Part shown: in pieces, positions 52,180 through 63,447 of the stretch
Numbering within the stretch: position 1 is the stretch's first letter
Layout of the letters: every line of letters begins with the position of its first letter
NCBI GenBank assembly: GCA_963845065.1
Contig: CAWJQQ010000001.1
Coordinates: forward strand, 576,001 to 640,000
DNA length: 64,000 nt
Reading direction: 5' to 3'
Origin: Nitrospirota bacterium
GTDB lineage: Bacteria; Nitrospirota; UBA9217
Notes under the pieces: generated by a model
What the model saw: the letters and a program-made list of their open reading frames with translations, nothing else
Told to the model about the DNA's origin: nothing
Databases searched by the model: none
Program-made: the position numbers and the translations under genes

Positions 52180-53243
52180 ATTCTGATCCCCGGTTTTTAT
52201 TCATCTATGGTTGGGTTGAAATTCCAAGTTCATGGGTGGTAATCTACCGGGCTTCTTTGGGGTTCCGCATACCTGGGGTAGGACACTGGAATATCATCCG
52301 CATATCCACCATATCATCGTGTGCAGAGCAATCTCGTCCGATGAATAGACCAGGAAACCGTCAGGGATCAAGCTCTATGTGCCGGTAGAAGCGTTGTTTC
52401 CTATCTTCCGGTCGAAGTTCAAGGATGAAATGAAAAAGGCCGATCTTTTTGATAAAATCTCCGACGAAGTATGGCGAATTGACTGGAACGTAAACTCCCA
52501 GGCTGTGGGTGACAGCGAAGGGAGTCTCATGTACCTTGCGCCGTATGTCTTTCAAACGGCCTTGTCCAACAGCCGGATCGTGAAAGTTGAGAATCGCCAA
52601 GTCTTTATTCGTTTCAAAAAGACCAGGGACAATCGCTGGAGGATACTGATCCTGGACGTGATGGAGTTTATGCGTCGTTTCCTCCAGCATGTGCTGCCGA
52701 CGGGGTTCGTGAAGGTACGTTATTACGGCTTCCTGAACGCCACCTGCAAGGTTCCGCTTGAGAACATCAGGGCGCTGATTGAACTGGCTTATGGATTCGA
52801 GGTGGCAATGTCCGAAATCGAACAGATACCGCCATTGCCCCGTCCGACATGTAGGACGGCGGATCGCTCAACGTGCTTTATATCTCTTTGCCGTATGAGC
52901 ACTTGGCACACGCCGGATAACATTCGACGACTCTGTTTCATCACGTGTTGCTCATGCGGTCCCGTAGGCATCGTCTGTGCGGTCAATACTCCCGTTTGGC
53001 TGTGCGCCGTATAAGGTGTGCATTTCTGAATGTGTGTATAAAGGGAATCACGCTGGTTTGATGATAATCAGAATGAAACAGTCTGTCTTACCCCAGAATC
53101 TACTCATTCAGGCTTTCACCGAAAACCACCCATCGAAGTATTACCCTATATATAGAGATCATCGGTCATCATCCTGCCGCTCCGGGCTTCTTGATTATGG
53201 ATTGAGAACGACATAAAGATGTCGTCTCAATCCTTGTTGATTT
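52180..53243 (+). mobile_element. Tyrosine recombinase/IS91 element copy 2 (3' half and right end only)
   Basis: YLAPY..RRFLQHVLP transposase fragment; same right-end hairpin at 53199-53233. Confidence 0.85.
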
Positions 53244-53542
53244 TAGACCCGGAAGCAATGTCATCAACTGTAATTTGCTATCTATGCTTCTTCCCGTCGC
53301 AGCATGTTGAAGACTCTGGTTTAGTTATCCACGGCAGCGTGGACTGCGTCATTCGGCACGGGTCTTACCGTTGACGCAAACTCCAAAGGTTGCAAGTTCC
53401 ATCCGGTACCATCGACGCTCTATCTATGCTGTTGCTTTCCCGCAAAAGATAACTGAATTTGTGTATGTTATAATACCTTGAATTGCTTGGACGGGGAGAA
53501 AGGATATTGAATCCATTTGGGGTGACAGGACCGAAGATCGCT

Positions 53543-54550
53543 TTATCGTATGCCGTTCGACTTCCAGTATACTTCTATTTTGTTCTTCAGCGATTTTGGA
53601 AGAGGAGCATAAATCAGTTCCTTGGCCCTGTTATCGCCGTTCTTGAAGGCCCAGTCGTAAAACTTGATTACTTTCACGTTCGAGTCTTTTTTCTCCTTGG
53701 CAAGAAGGATGAACGTGGCGCCAGCGATGGGCCACGACTTCTTGCCAGGTGCGTTGGTCAACCAAAGATAAAAGTGTTTCGAAGGTTCGAAGTTCGCTGT
53801 CGCTGCGGCGTCTTCGAAGCTCTCGAAGCTTGGTTCAACGAATTGGCCTGCGCTATTCTTGAGCCTCGTATATGTGAGTTCGTTTTCTTTTGCAAAGGCG
53901 AATTCCACATAGCCGATGGAGTTCGCAGTTTTTTGAACATAGTTGGCCACGCCACCATTCCCGTTGGCGCCAATGCCGGCGGGCCAGCTTACCGAGACAC
54001 CGTAGCTGATCTTATCCTTCCATACCGAGCATGCACCACTCAGATAATACGTGAACAGCGCCGTCGTTCCGGAAAAATCGGAGCGATGCACTACGATGAT
54101 TTCGCTGCCCGGTAGAGAAACTGTGGGGTTCAGTTTCTTAATAGCCGCGTCATTCCAGTTCTTGATTTCACCCATATAAATCTTGCAAACGGCTTCTGAG
54201 TCAAGCTTCAATTCTCCAGCTTTTATACCAGTGATATTGACCACTGGCACTACACCGCCAATCACGGTTGGAAACTGGATTAGGTTGTCCTTGGCGAGCT
54301 CTTCTGGTGTGAGAGGTTTATCTGACGCACCGAAATCCACGTTGCGTTCGGTGATCTGTTTGATTCCGCCGCCGGAGCCGATGTACTGATAATTGAGCTT
54401 TATGCCAGTGGCCTTATAGTAATCGTTTGCCCACGCGGAATATACTGGATAAGGAAACGTCGCTCCGGCACCGTTTAGCATTTCCTCTGCGAAAACGACA
54501 GAAGTCAATGCTAGAACTACGATCAATGCCAATGCTGCGACTTTCTTCAT
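53543..54550 (-). CDS. pstS: Phosphate ABC transporter substrate-binding protein
   Basis: GAGATFPYP, GSGGG, DFGASD, HRSD.SGTT. Confidence 0.93.
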   Translation of the reverse strand: MKKVAALALIVVLALTSVVFAEEMLNGAGATFPYPVYSAWANDYYKATGIKLNYQYIGSGGGIKQITERNVDFGASDKPLTPEELAKDNLIQFPTVIGGVVPVVNITGIKAGELKLDSEAVCKIYMGEIKNWNDAAIKKLNPTVSLPGSEIIVVHRSDFSGTTALFTYYLSGACSVWKDKISYGVSVSWPAGIGANGNGGVANYVQKTANSIGYVEFAFAKENELTYTRLKNSAGQFVEPSFESFEDAAATANFEPSKHFYLWLTNAPGKKSWPIAGATFILLAKEKKDSNVKVIKFYDWAFKNGDNRAKELIYAPLPKSLKNKIEVYWKSNGIR

Positions 54551-54595
54551 TTTATGATCTCCTCAATCTGATTTATATTGATAATTTATATCATC

Positions 54596-54639
54596 GAATT
54601 ATTACAATAATATTGCAATATCGTTACATTTCAATGAAA
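54596..54639 (-). promoter_or_regulatory. Pho-box-like 4x11-bp repeat upstream of the first pstS
   Basis: TTTCAT-N5-TGTAAC-N5-TGCAAT-N5-TGTAAT, then TATAAAT. Confidence 0.7.
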
Positions 54640-54739
54640 CTAATTTTCCCCAATTATTTTATCCTGACCCGTTACTACATTGGTGTCGTTGAGTTACCCG
54701 GCAGTATCCGACCGTGGAATATCTCTTTTCAAAATACCA

Positions 54740-55550
54740 GATGACATTCACGAGACCGATCTGGACAGACACCTCCATTAGGGGACCCGATAACGGTGGC
54801 GAAGGCTGAGCCGAGACTCCCCTGGAAACCATCCCGCGAACGATTCACTTTCACAAAGGCCTCCCGAGCAACGTCTCTGGTCGCCGTCACGCCTACAAAC
54901 CTCCGGAGGTATCCTACGACCTTCGGACAATACTATGTATATATGTTTGTAAAATCTTCAATTTCAAGCCTTAGGCTTCTCCTACCCAGCTTCCTTAAGT
55001 TTCTCGGTAAATAAATAAGGAAGTAACCCGTTTTCAATGATCGCCTGGTCGCTTTTTCCACATTATAAGGATCCCACAGGAATAGGACATGCCGAGTACG
55101 GGTATCCTGCCGAGGGTGTTCCGGCGTGCAGGTTCGATATATTCCGACACAGTGGGAGCGAACGTGAAAAGCCACACCATGCCATATATGATACTCGGAA
55201 TGGCGGCCAGCAGTTCAATAGCAATGCCGATTTTGGCCTTTCAGAAAATTCGGCGAGATTTCCATGACGAAGATCACAATGCCGTGGCCGATCGGTATGG
55301 CGAAAAGCAAAGCGAGAACTGTAGTAACGAAGTTGCCGTAAATGGTGATAGCCGCCCCGAGGACGCCAATCACAGGTTTCCAGTCTGTCGAGGTGAAGAA
55401 GTCCACGAGCCCGAATGTCTCCATTGCGAGCGAAGACTCCTTAACGAGCACTATGATGATGCCGTTGATTAAGAGGATGACGGTGAAGGATTCTATGGCG
55501 GTAAAGGTAGAAAAATCAACTCAGGATTTTTTTGTAGAGGTGTGGTTAGT
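54740..55550 (-). pseudogene. pstC: Phosphate ABC permease pseudogene
   Basis: FFTSTDW..IYGNFVTTVLALLFAIP (frameshift) IELLAAIPSIIYG; multiple frameshifts. Confidence 0.8.
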
Positions 55551-55657
55551 GAGCTAATCTTTCTGCTCAATCGAAAGATGAATGAAAACGAAACAGGCCA
55601 GGTACCAGCGATATATACCTGACCCGTTTATTACAACAGACTTTTTACGCCTTTCTG

Positions 55658-56671
55658 TTAATAGTTGATGCCATTTAACTTCCAGTAAGCGCGGATTTTA
55701 TCTTTGAGCGATTTCGGGAGAGGGACATAAATGAGATCCTCAGCCTTTTTGTCGCCGTTGTTAAACGCCCAGTTGTAGAACTTGGTCACCTTTACGTTCG
55801 AGTCCTGCTTTTCCTTGCCGAGGAGGATGAACGTTGCACCCGCGATGGGCCACGATTTCTTTCCCGGAGCATTGTTGAGCCAGAGGTAGAAGTCTTTCTT
55901 GGGATCAAAGTCCGCCGTTGCAGCTGCATCCTCGAAAGTCTTGAAACTCGGCTCCACGAAGTTGCCTGCACTGTTCTTGAGGAGCGTGAAGGCAAGGTTG
56001 TTCTGCTGGGCATAGGCGAATTCAACATAGCCGATCGAGTTCGCCTGCTGCTGAACATAATTGGCCACGCCTTCGTTGCCCTTTCCGCCTATACCCGCGG
56101 GCCAGCTCACGGAGGTCCCAGTGCCTACTTTCTCTTTCCAGGCAGAGCACACATCATTCAGGTAGCCAGTGAAGATCGCTGTAGTGCCTGAACCATCGGA
56201 GCGGTGAACAACCGTTATATTGCCGTCTGGCAGGCTTATCCCAGGGTTCAGCCCCTTGATCTTCGGATCGTTCCAGTTCGTGATCTCACCCAGGTAAATT
56301 TTACAGATCGCTTCGGAATCGAGTTTCATCTCTCCCTTCTTGACGTTCGGAACGTTGACCACGAGCACAACGCCGCCCATGACCGCAGGGAATTGCAACA
56401 AATTGTGTTTTGCGAGAAATTCCGGTGTTTGTGGTGCATCGGATGCACCGAAATCGACGGTTCGCTCGGTGATCTGCTTGATCCCGCCGCCGGAGCCGAT
56501 GGACTGGTAGTTCAGCTTTACGCCTGTTTCCTTGTTGTACTCATTGGCCCAAGCGGAATAAACAGGATAGGGGAACGTTGCCCCAGCGCCGTTCAGCATC
56601 TCCTCCGCTTGCGCCTGATTGATCGACATCATTCCGATAAAAAGTAATGCAATAACTAAAATTCGTTTCAT
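55658..56671 (-). CDS. pstS: Phosphate ABC transporter substrate-binding protein
   Basis: GAGATFPYP, YQSIGSGGG, HRSDGSGTT, GKGNEGV. Confidence 0.95.
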   Translation of the reverse strand: MKRILVIALLFIGMMSINQAQAEEMLNGAGATFPYPVYSAWANEYNKETGVKLNYQSIGSGGGIKQITERTVDFGASDAPQTPEFLAKHNLLQFPAVMGGVVLVVNVPNVKKGEMKLDSEAICKIYLGEITNWNDPKIKGLNPGISLPDGNITVVHRSDGSGTTAIFTGYLNDVCSAWKEKVGTGTSVSWPAGIGGKGNEGVANYVQQQANSIGYVEFAYAQQNNLAFTLLKNSAGNFVEPSFKTFEDAAATADFDPKKDFYLWLNNAPGKKSWPIAGATFILLGKEKQDSNVKVTKFYNWAFNNGDKKAEDLIYVPLPKSLKDKIRAYWKLNGINY

Positions 56672-56726
56672 GTATTTCCTCCTTTTCTTTTATTGCTAGT
56701 TGGTTCGTCTTACCATTTATGCCATA

Positions 56727-56770
56727 ATATTGTTGCAGAATTATTAAAATTTGGTTAAGCTTCTGTTAAA
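56727..56770 (-). promoter_or_regulatory. Pho-box-like 4x11-bp repeat upstream of the second pstS
   Basis: TTTAAC-N5-CTTAAC-N5-TTTAAT-N5-TGCAAC, then CATAAAT. Confidence 0.72.
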
Positions 56771-56829
56771 TATTTTGGATCAACTCCTCAGCGAGCGGGT
56801 GAAAATGAGGTATAAAGCTCATAGAACCC

Positions 56830-58125
56830 GCCCTGCATAAGTGTTTTACGCTTGAAATGGGTGAGATAAATGTGATATGAATCATGCATGTAAAAAAGCA
56901 AAAGGCATCACACATGCATATCACTTTCCTCAATTCAAACCCCATCAGTCGGTATCCGGAATCTTTGGTGATCCCAAAGCCCGAGTAATCAAGTTTACTC
57001 GACAGGGGAAAAACTATATGCGGTGTCTGCGGTAAAACGCATCGATCGATTTATGACCGTAAGGTCAGATTGGTTCGTGACCTATCCAGTGGGGACAACT
57101 GCATTTATCTGGAGCTCGAAATCCGGCGCCTTTTTTGCTGGAGGTGCGGCAAGGTGAAACAGGAAAGGCTCTCATTCCTAGCCGACAACCCATTTTATAG
57201 CAAGCGCTTTGCTTTATTATATCGGCAAACGGTGTAGTACTTCAACGATTAAAGATATTGCGAAAGAATTCCGTTTAAACCACATAAGTGTCAAGGAACT
57301 TGAAATTCGGTATATGTGGCGAAACTTCGCCGTGCCGGGAAGCCAAGAACAAAGTTGATCGGCATTGACGAGATTTCTATCCGCAAAGGTCATATCTACC
57401 GGATCGTGGTGAGCGATTTGGAGAAAAGGCGGTCTATCTGGTTCGGCGGTGAGGACCGCTCGGAAGAGATTATGAATCTCTTCTATGAGTGGGTCGGACC
57501 AGCCAAAACCAAGCATATTCGACTTGCTGTGATGGACATGTGGAAAGGAAACCATTTGAGAAATCCACACACGAGAAAGCACCACAAGCGACCATTCTCT
57601 ACGATAAGTTCCATGTCATAAGGCACCTGACCAAGGCCTTGGACAAAATTAGAAAGAGTGAATATGCCAGACTGACTGGCAACAATCGTAAGTTCATCAA
57701 GGGTCAGAAATATACGCTTCTCTCGCATCGCAAGAACCTTACTACGGATGGGAGAAGATCATTAATGCTAATAAGCGGCTTAATATTGCCTAAATCCTCA
57801 AGGAAGAGTTTGGGCAGCTCTGGGACTATTAATCAGAAGCCTGGGCCAGAAAGTTCCTCGACAACGGGAAGGCTTCGTTAAAATGGCAACGCCTCAAGCC
57901 TTATGAAAAGTTCACCAAGATGGTCGAACGTCATTGGGACGGTATTGCCGCCTTTTGCAAACCCAAAAACAAAGTTGCGCTCGCTTTTGTCGAAGGTCTG
58001 AACAATAAAATCAGGGTCATTCAGCGTCGAAGCTATGGCTTACGCGACGGAGAATATCTTCGTCTCAAAGTTTTGACCTGCATGCTTCCTGAAATCTGAA
58101 AAACAGCTCAAAAGTACCTACTCAC
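56830..58125 (+). mobile_element. ISL3-family element, frameshifted transposase
   Basis: CGVCG zinc finger, IGIDEISIRKGH, VMDMW, YDKFHVIRHL, VEGLNNKIRVIQRRSYG. Confidence 0.85.
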
Positions 58126-58238
58126 TAGTGAGTTGTTCCATAAAATAAAATCTTTTTCTGATTGGAATTAATAATATAATTACAAAGACATTCTGCGCTC
58201 GTGTTCTGCATCTTGCATTGTCAGCTTTGAAAAATTAT

Positions 58239-58282
58239 TTTAATCAACTTATCATAATACTGTAATGCCGATGTAACAGCGC
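58239..58282 (+). promoter_or_regulatory. Pho-box-like 4x11-bp repeat upstream of psiE
   Basis: TTTAAT-N5-TATCAT-N5-TGTAAT-N5-TGTAAC, then TATAGT. Confidence 0.7.
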
Positions 58283-58440
58283 TAGAGTATAGTTTCACAT
58301 CATAAAAAGACGCTCAGAGACAGGAACCAGTTTGGAAATAATCAGCAGCGAAGTTATGTATCGAGATTCAGAAAGGAACTGCTTTAGAAATTTGATAATG
58401 TCTTACAATTTATTGTGAGATATTTTAGAGAGAAGAGATT

Positions 58441-58866
58441 ATGAAATACTTTACAAAGATAGTTGACGGCATGATCAAATTTATGATACCCCTGGTGATC
58501 ATCGCCCTTTTGATGGGAATCGCGCGGGTCATTCTCGACCTGCGCTCCATTTTCGGGAGTCAGACACTAGCGGTCGCTTTTGATTTAATGGTGACCAACA
58601 TCCTTTCGATGTTCATTGTCATCGAACTGTTGCGGAGTATTATTGAATATTTCACCGTGCACCGACTCAAAATAACCTTTATAACCGACGCTGCACTTGT
58701 TTTTGTTCTCCGCGAAATCATGATCGGCCTTTACCAGCACAGCCTGGAGCAAGGAATGATTATAGCGCTTGCCGCCTTGATTCTCGTAATTGGGGGAATC
58801 AGGACGCTTGCTGTTGTTTTTTCACCAGAAAAGGTCCATGAAATGGGAGTTGAGAAACATGGATAA
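58441..58866 (+). CDS. psiE: Phosphate-starvation-inducible PsiE family membrane protein
   Basis: Four TM helices, IELLRSIIEYF, LREIM. Confidence 0.82.
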   Translation: MKYFTKIVDGMIKFMIPLVIIALLMGIARVILDLRSIFGSQTLAVAFDLMVTNILSMFIVIELLRSIIEYFTVHRLKITFITDAALVFVLREIMIGLYQHSLEQGMIIALAALILVIGGIRTLAVVFSPEKVHEMGVEKHG

Positions 58867-59220
58867 AAGCGCAAATAAGAACCTGCTGGAAATAATCGAG
58901 GATATTGTGCTGCTCGCGATTTCTCTGACAGTACTTCTCCTGATGATCTTCCACTGGAGATAGAATTCACATGAGGGACCGGCAAAGACGCCAATTTTAA
59001 CGGAAGATTTTCTGTGGGGATTCGCTACTACTTCGGTTTTTCAGCTCGAAGGCTCTACCAACGCGGATGATGGCGTCGTCTCGTATTGCATGGGGCCACC
59101 ATGATTTGGGCAAATGAAAGTGACAGAGGACAAGTGTTGACGGGGTTTTTTGTGGGTAGATTCTAACGATTTCAGATTGTAACTTTATGAGTTAAGAAGA
59201 ATGGAAACCTCAACTGATTC

Positions 59221-60141
59221 AGGATCAAGTAAGCCGCTCCGCGGCAGAGAAGCATAGACCGCTTCCTTCTCCCACCTTCATCTCGTTTGGTATTTTCTAA
59301 GCACTTTCCGTGCTACCATATTTCTCCATTGCAGTTCAATCTTATTTCACAAGGAGAGTATGGTCATGGAAAACTGGAACGAGAAGCTCATCAAAGCCCT
59401 GCAACTGAACGGTAAAGCCGAACGATCGCAGGCAAACTACATCCGCACAGTACGGATCCTCACCGAGCATTGTGGCAAGACCCCTGATCTCATCACCGAA
59501 GAAGAACTTCAGGAGTATTTCCTCCATCGCAGAAATGTCAGCCAATGGGCGCCCAACACCATGAAGAGCTGCTACGCCGGGTACCGCTTCTTCTTTGAGA
59601 ACGTTCTCAAGCGTGACGGCACATCTTCAAAATCGCCCGGGCAAAGGCCGAACAGCGGATGCCGACGGTGCTCACGATCGAACGTGACCACTGCTGAAGC
59701 CGAGCCAAAGCTTCCACAGCCTCACCCAACCTGTGGAAGTTGCGGCGGTGCACTCAAAGTGATGTCCTTTTCACTGCCGTACCAGTATATGGCTCGAGCC
59801 GTGTAGTACACGAAGCAAGTTCTTTTTGTATCACAGCCTTCTTTGTGTATGCACTCCTGTGAGTAACATCCGCAGTGGTAACGTACCTGTGCGTCCATTG
59901 AAGGGCAATAGTGCTTGTGCAAACGTATGTGGATGATAGTAATGCCTAACGGTTTGACAAAAATCTTACCGGAAACTGTTTCCTAAAACTCAACCCCTGC
60001 AAATTTCGGCCTTCGCAAAAAACCGCCTATCGAAGCTTTACCCTATATATAGAAGGTTTATCGGCTATCTTCCTGCCGCTTAGGGATTCTTGAACCTTGG
60101 AATGATACGACGTGAAGATGTCGTTTCAATCCTTATAGGAT
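59221..60141 (+). mobile_element. Tyrosine recombinase/IS91 element copy 3, internally deleted
   Basis: Both ends present; recombinase 5' part fused to transposase C-terminal CGSCGG; AGGAT at both junctions. Confidence 0.85.
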
Positions 60142-60853
60142 GGACATCGCGGGTTATTGTGAGTCGAAATAAATGCATATTTCGATCTGAATATTAGGCT
60201 CATAGGCAATGATACTAACTGTAGCATGCTGTCTATGCGTCTTCCACTCGCAGCATCCTGAAGATCTCCGGTCGAGTTTTTCACGATGACATGGCTTGCA
60301 TCATTCGGTACAGATCTTACCAATGACACAAAACTTCGAAAGCTGCAAGTTCCTTTCATACCATTGCGTTCTATTAAATAAAAGCATATTCTTATCTGTT
60401 CTAAGTTCTTGATTTAACCGCCCTGCCATAAGAAAGACACGTCTGGTGCCTATGAAGGACATTATAGAGCAATGTGTCGCACCTGGTGAAATGCCCTTGA
60501 GCCCCAACCCGTCTGGCGTGTCAACAACATCAACCAACGTTAAGTCTTCGCATATAGGGAATCTCACAGGACAGATTACCTCACCTGATTTGCAAACCTG
60601 GAATATTCCGCCCACCTGCAACTCGACCGGCTGAACACACTGCAGCACGACAATCCGCTGTACAACCAGTTCTATCTGTATATTACTTGTAGGCTCACTA
60701 GAGACTTAGGGTATGCGACTTCCTATGCGCTCCATGCTCAAGCGTATCTATCCCCCCGTGGACAATCGTTGTGAGATACATCCCATTGCAGGGAGACAAT
60801 AAATTTTGTTGCCAAAGTCACCCCGGCTGAGTAAAATGTTCTTATCTTTCAGC

Positions 60854-61474
60854 ATGGATACGATTTTTTTTCTTAAAGGGCTCATAATCGGTTTTGTCAT
60901 TGCAGCACCGGTCGGCCCCATTGGCATCATCTGCGCTCGCCGCACACTCATGTTCGGTAGGCGGGCCGGGTTCTTTTCGGGCATGGGTGCGGCGACGGCC
61001 GACGCCATCTACGGGTTCGTGGCTGCCTTCGGCCTGACGCTCGTGTCGGACTTTCTCGCCGGCCACAATGTGTTCCTCAGGCTCGTAGGTGGTTCGCTCT
61101 TATGCATTCTGGGCGTCAGGACGCTACTTGCGGATCCGACCTTGAATCGCGATTACCCCAAGTCCCTTAAAAAATACGCAGGCTTGTACTCGTCCACGTT
61201 TTTCCTGACCCTCACCAACCCCATTACCATCTTCTCCTTTGCCGCTGTCTTTGCGGGATTCGGACTCGCTGGAGTCAAAGGGAGTGTCAATTCAGCTGGC
61301 GTCCTTATCCTCGGTGTCTTCCTCGGTTCGGCGCTTTGGTGGCTGTTCCTGATAGGCATCTTCAGTATTTTACGCAAACGGTTTCACCTTGATCAACTTC
61401 GCTGGGTGAACCGCATCTCCGGCGGCATCATCATCGCCTCGGGCATCCTCGCCCTCCTGAGCCTGGAGTGGTGA
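60854..61474 (+). CDS. LysE-family translocator
   Basis: IAAPVGPIG, GAATADAIY, TLTNPITI, GSALWW. Confidence 0.9.
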   Translation: MDTIFFLKGLIIGFVIAAPVGPIGIICARRTLMFGRRAGFFSGMGAATADAIYGFVAAFGLTLVSDFLAGHNVFLRLVGGSLLCILGVRTLLADPTLNRDYPKSLKKYAGLYSSTFFLTLTNPITIFSFAAVFAGFGLAGVKGSVNSAGVLILGVFLGSALWWLFLIGIFSILRKRFHLDQLRWVNRISGGIIIASGILALLSLEW

Positions 61475-61670
61475 GCCAGGAGTGTTTAGTATTCTCCGAT
61501 TCTAACCATCAAGGTTGATTTATAAAAAAGATAATTAAGAATATAAAATGGGGTGCGAATCGATTACTAAGGGATTATCGAAAAAATAGACATAACAACT
61601 CGCGCAAATGGCAAAACTACTGTCACGGTACATCTGTATTATTTGTTATCAAACATAAAAAGAGCTTAAT

Positions 61671-63009
61671 ATGACGTTGGTGCGGACTTACAATATAAAT
61701 TGTCCTCAGTGTGGCAACAATCAGGACATTCCCATCTTGGAATCAATAAATGTTGAGCTTAATCCTGAATTGCGAGATAAACTTTTCCAATGGGATATTA
61801 ATATATTTACATGTTCAAAATGTTGTGGATTGAGTGCTATAGTTAGTTGAAATTTTAAGTGGCGGCTCCTAAAATGGTAACGTCTTGTTTGCCAACAAAA
61901 ACAGTTACCAAGAAAGGAGCCGTTATGGGAAGAATAATACAGATAAAAAAGAATGGCAAGGTCAAAAAAGCAGAAGGAGCAGTGATAAAGACGCTGCAGG
62001 AGTATGGGGCACTCAATATCAACGCCAGAGTGGAAGCAATCCAGCAGATGATCCCGTTAGCATTGATGCATGCGTTGGAGACCATTGAAAACGATGTTCG
62101 TCAGCTGGCGGGAGAGCGGTATGGCAGAGCGGGACTTCCCGGCCACGATCGGTGGGGCAGTCAGATGGGATCGATATGCATCCATGATCAGAGGATCCCG
62201 ATCCGATATCCGCGAGTTCGGGACACCCTCAAGAAGAAAGAGGTGCCGATCCCGTCCTATGGACAGCTTCATCAGCCTGCCAATGCGGTAGATGATCGGG
62301 TACTTAAACGGATCCTGTATGGGATCAGCTGCAAGAACTACCGGGAATGTGCGGAGCTGATTCCCCAAGCGTTCTCCTTAAGCGCTTCAACGGTTTCCCG
62401 GAAGTTTATCCGAGCAACGATTGAGAAGCTGCAGGAGCTTCAGGAACGCTCATTGGAGGGATATGATTTCGTCGCGCTGGTCATGGATGGCAAGGCTTTC
62501 GGTGACGATGAACTCATCATTGCCTTGGGCGTGACCATGGGCGGTGAGAAGATTCCGTTGGGGTTCGTTCAGAGCGGTGCGGAGAACTCTAGGGTCACGA
62601 AAGATCTTCTGAACGACCTTATCAGCCGGGGTCTCAAGTACGACAAGGGCCTTTTGTGTATTATTGACGGTTCAAAGGGTTTCAGAAAAGGCATCCAGGA
62701 CGCTTTTGGTGCTTACGGCGTCGTCCAGCGTTGCCAGTGGCACAAGCGAGAGAACGTCGTAGACTACCTTCGGCCCGATCTGCAGCCGACTTTTCGCGAT
62801 AAACTACGCCGGGCATATGCAAAGGAGGGCCATGGAGAGGCTAAAGCTGTCTTCCAGACGATCAAGAAGGAGCTTAAACTTATCAATGAGTCAGCGGTAA
62901 ATGTTGTGAAAAAACTTTTAATAATATTGTTCTTTTATATCATGACATGGACTATCAATTTTGCGTTCAGTATTATCCTCCAGAAGAACTTGAAGATGCT
63001 ACGTTCTAA
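61671..63009 (+). pseudogene. CpXC-domain protein split by IS256 (61671-61827 + 62909-63009)
   Basis: CPQCG..SINVELNPELR..FTCSKCC | EKTF..LLYHDMD is in frame once the insert is removed. Confidence 0.75.
61828..62898 (+). mobile_element. 3'-truncated IS256-family element
   Basis: Left IR ..TTAGTTGAAATT; transposase (MDGK, IDGSKG, QRCQWHK) breaks at NESAV; AATGTTGTG duplicated on both sides. Confidence 0.85.
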
Positions 63010-63447
63010 AAAAATTTTACAAAAAATGAATACCTACGTTACCCTGAGAAAGTTACAGCACTGATAAGCAAGACAAATTCCATGCTGTATCTTGTTCAAA
63101 CAAGTATTATTTTCAGCATGCAAGAATTAATTTTATGTGTAACTTTTAGGGAAGGTGTCCTCAGGAACATTAAGGAGTAAGGCATGGGAAAGTATTATTT
63201 CGACCTCTTTTATAGGGGCTTATTTAATCGTATTTTCCATCTTCAAGTTTATGGGGATGCCGAACAAAATATTCAGATTCCAGCAAATTAATGGATTAAG
63301 AGAATTTGGTGTTCAATCCTTTTTACTGTTATCGTTTTGTATTTTCGTAGGGATTGCTGGAATTATCAAACAGTATAAATATACGGCAACGTCAGCCGAG
63401 CCGGGATGATAAGAAGAAAATGAATGGGTGACAGATATCTCTTGTCG

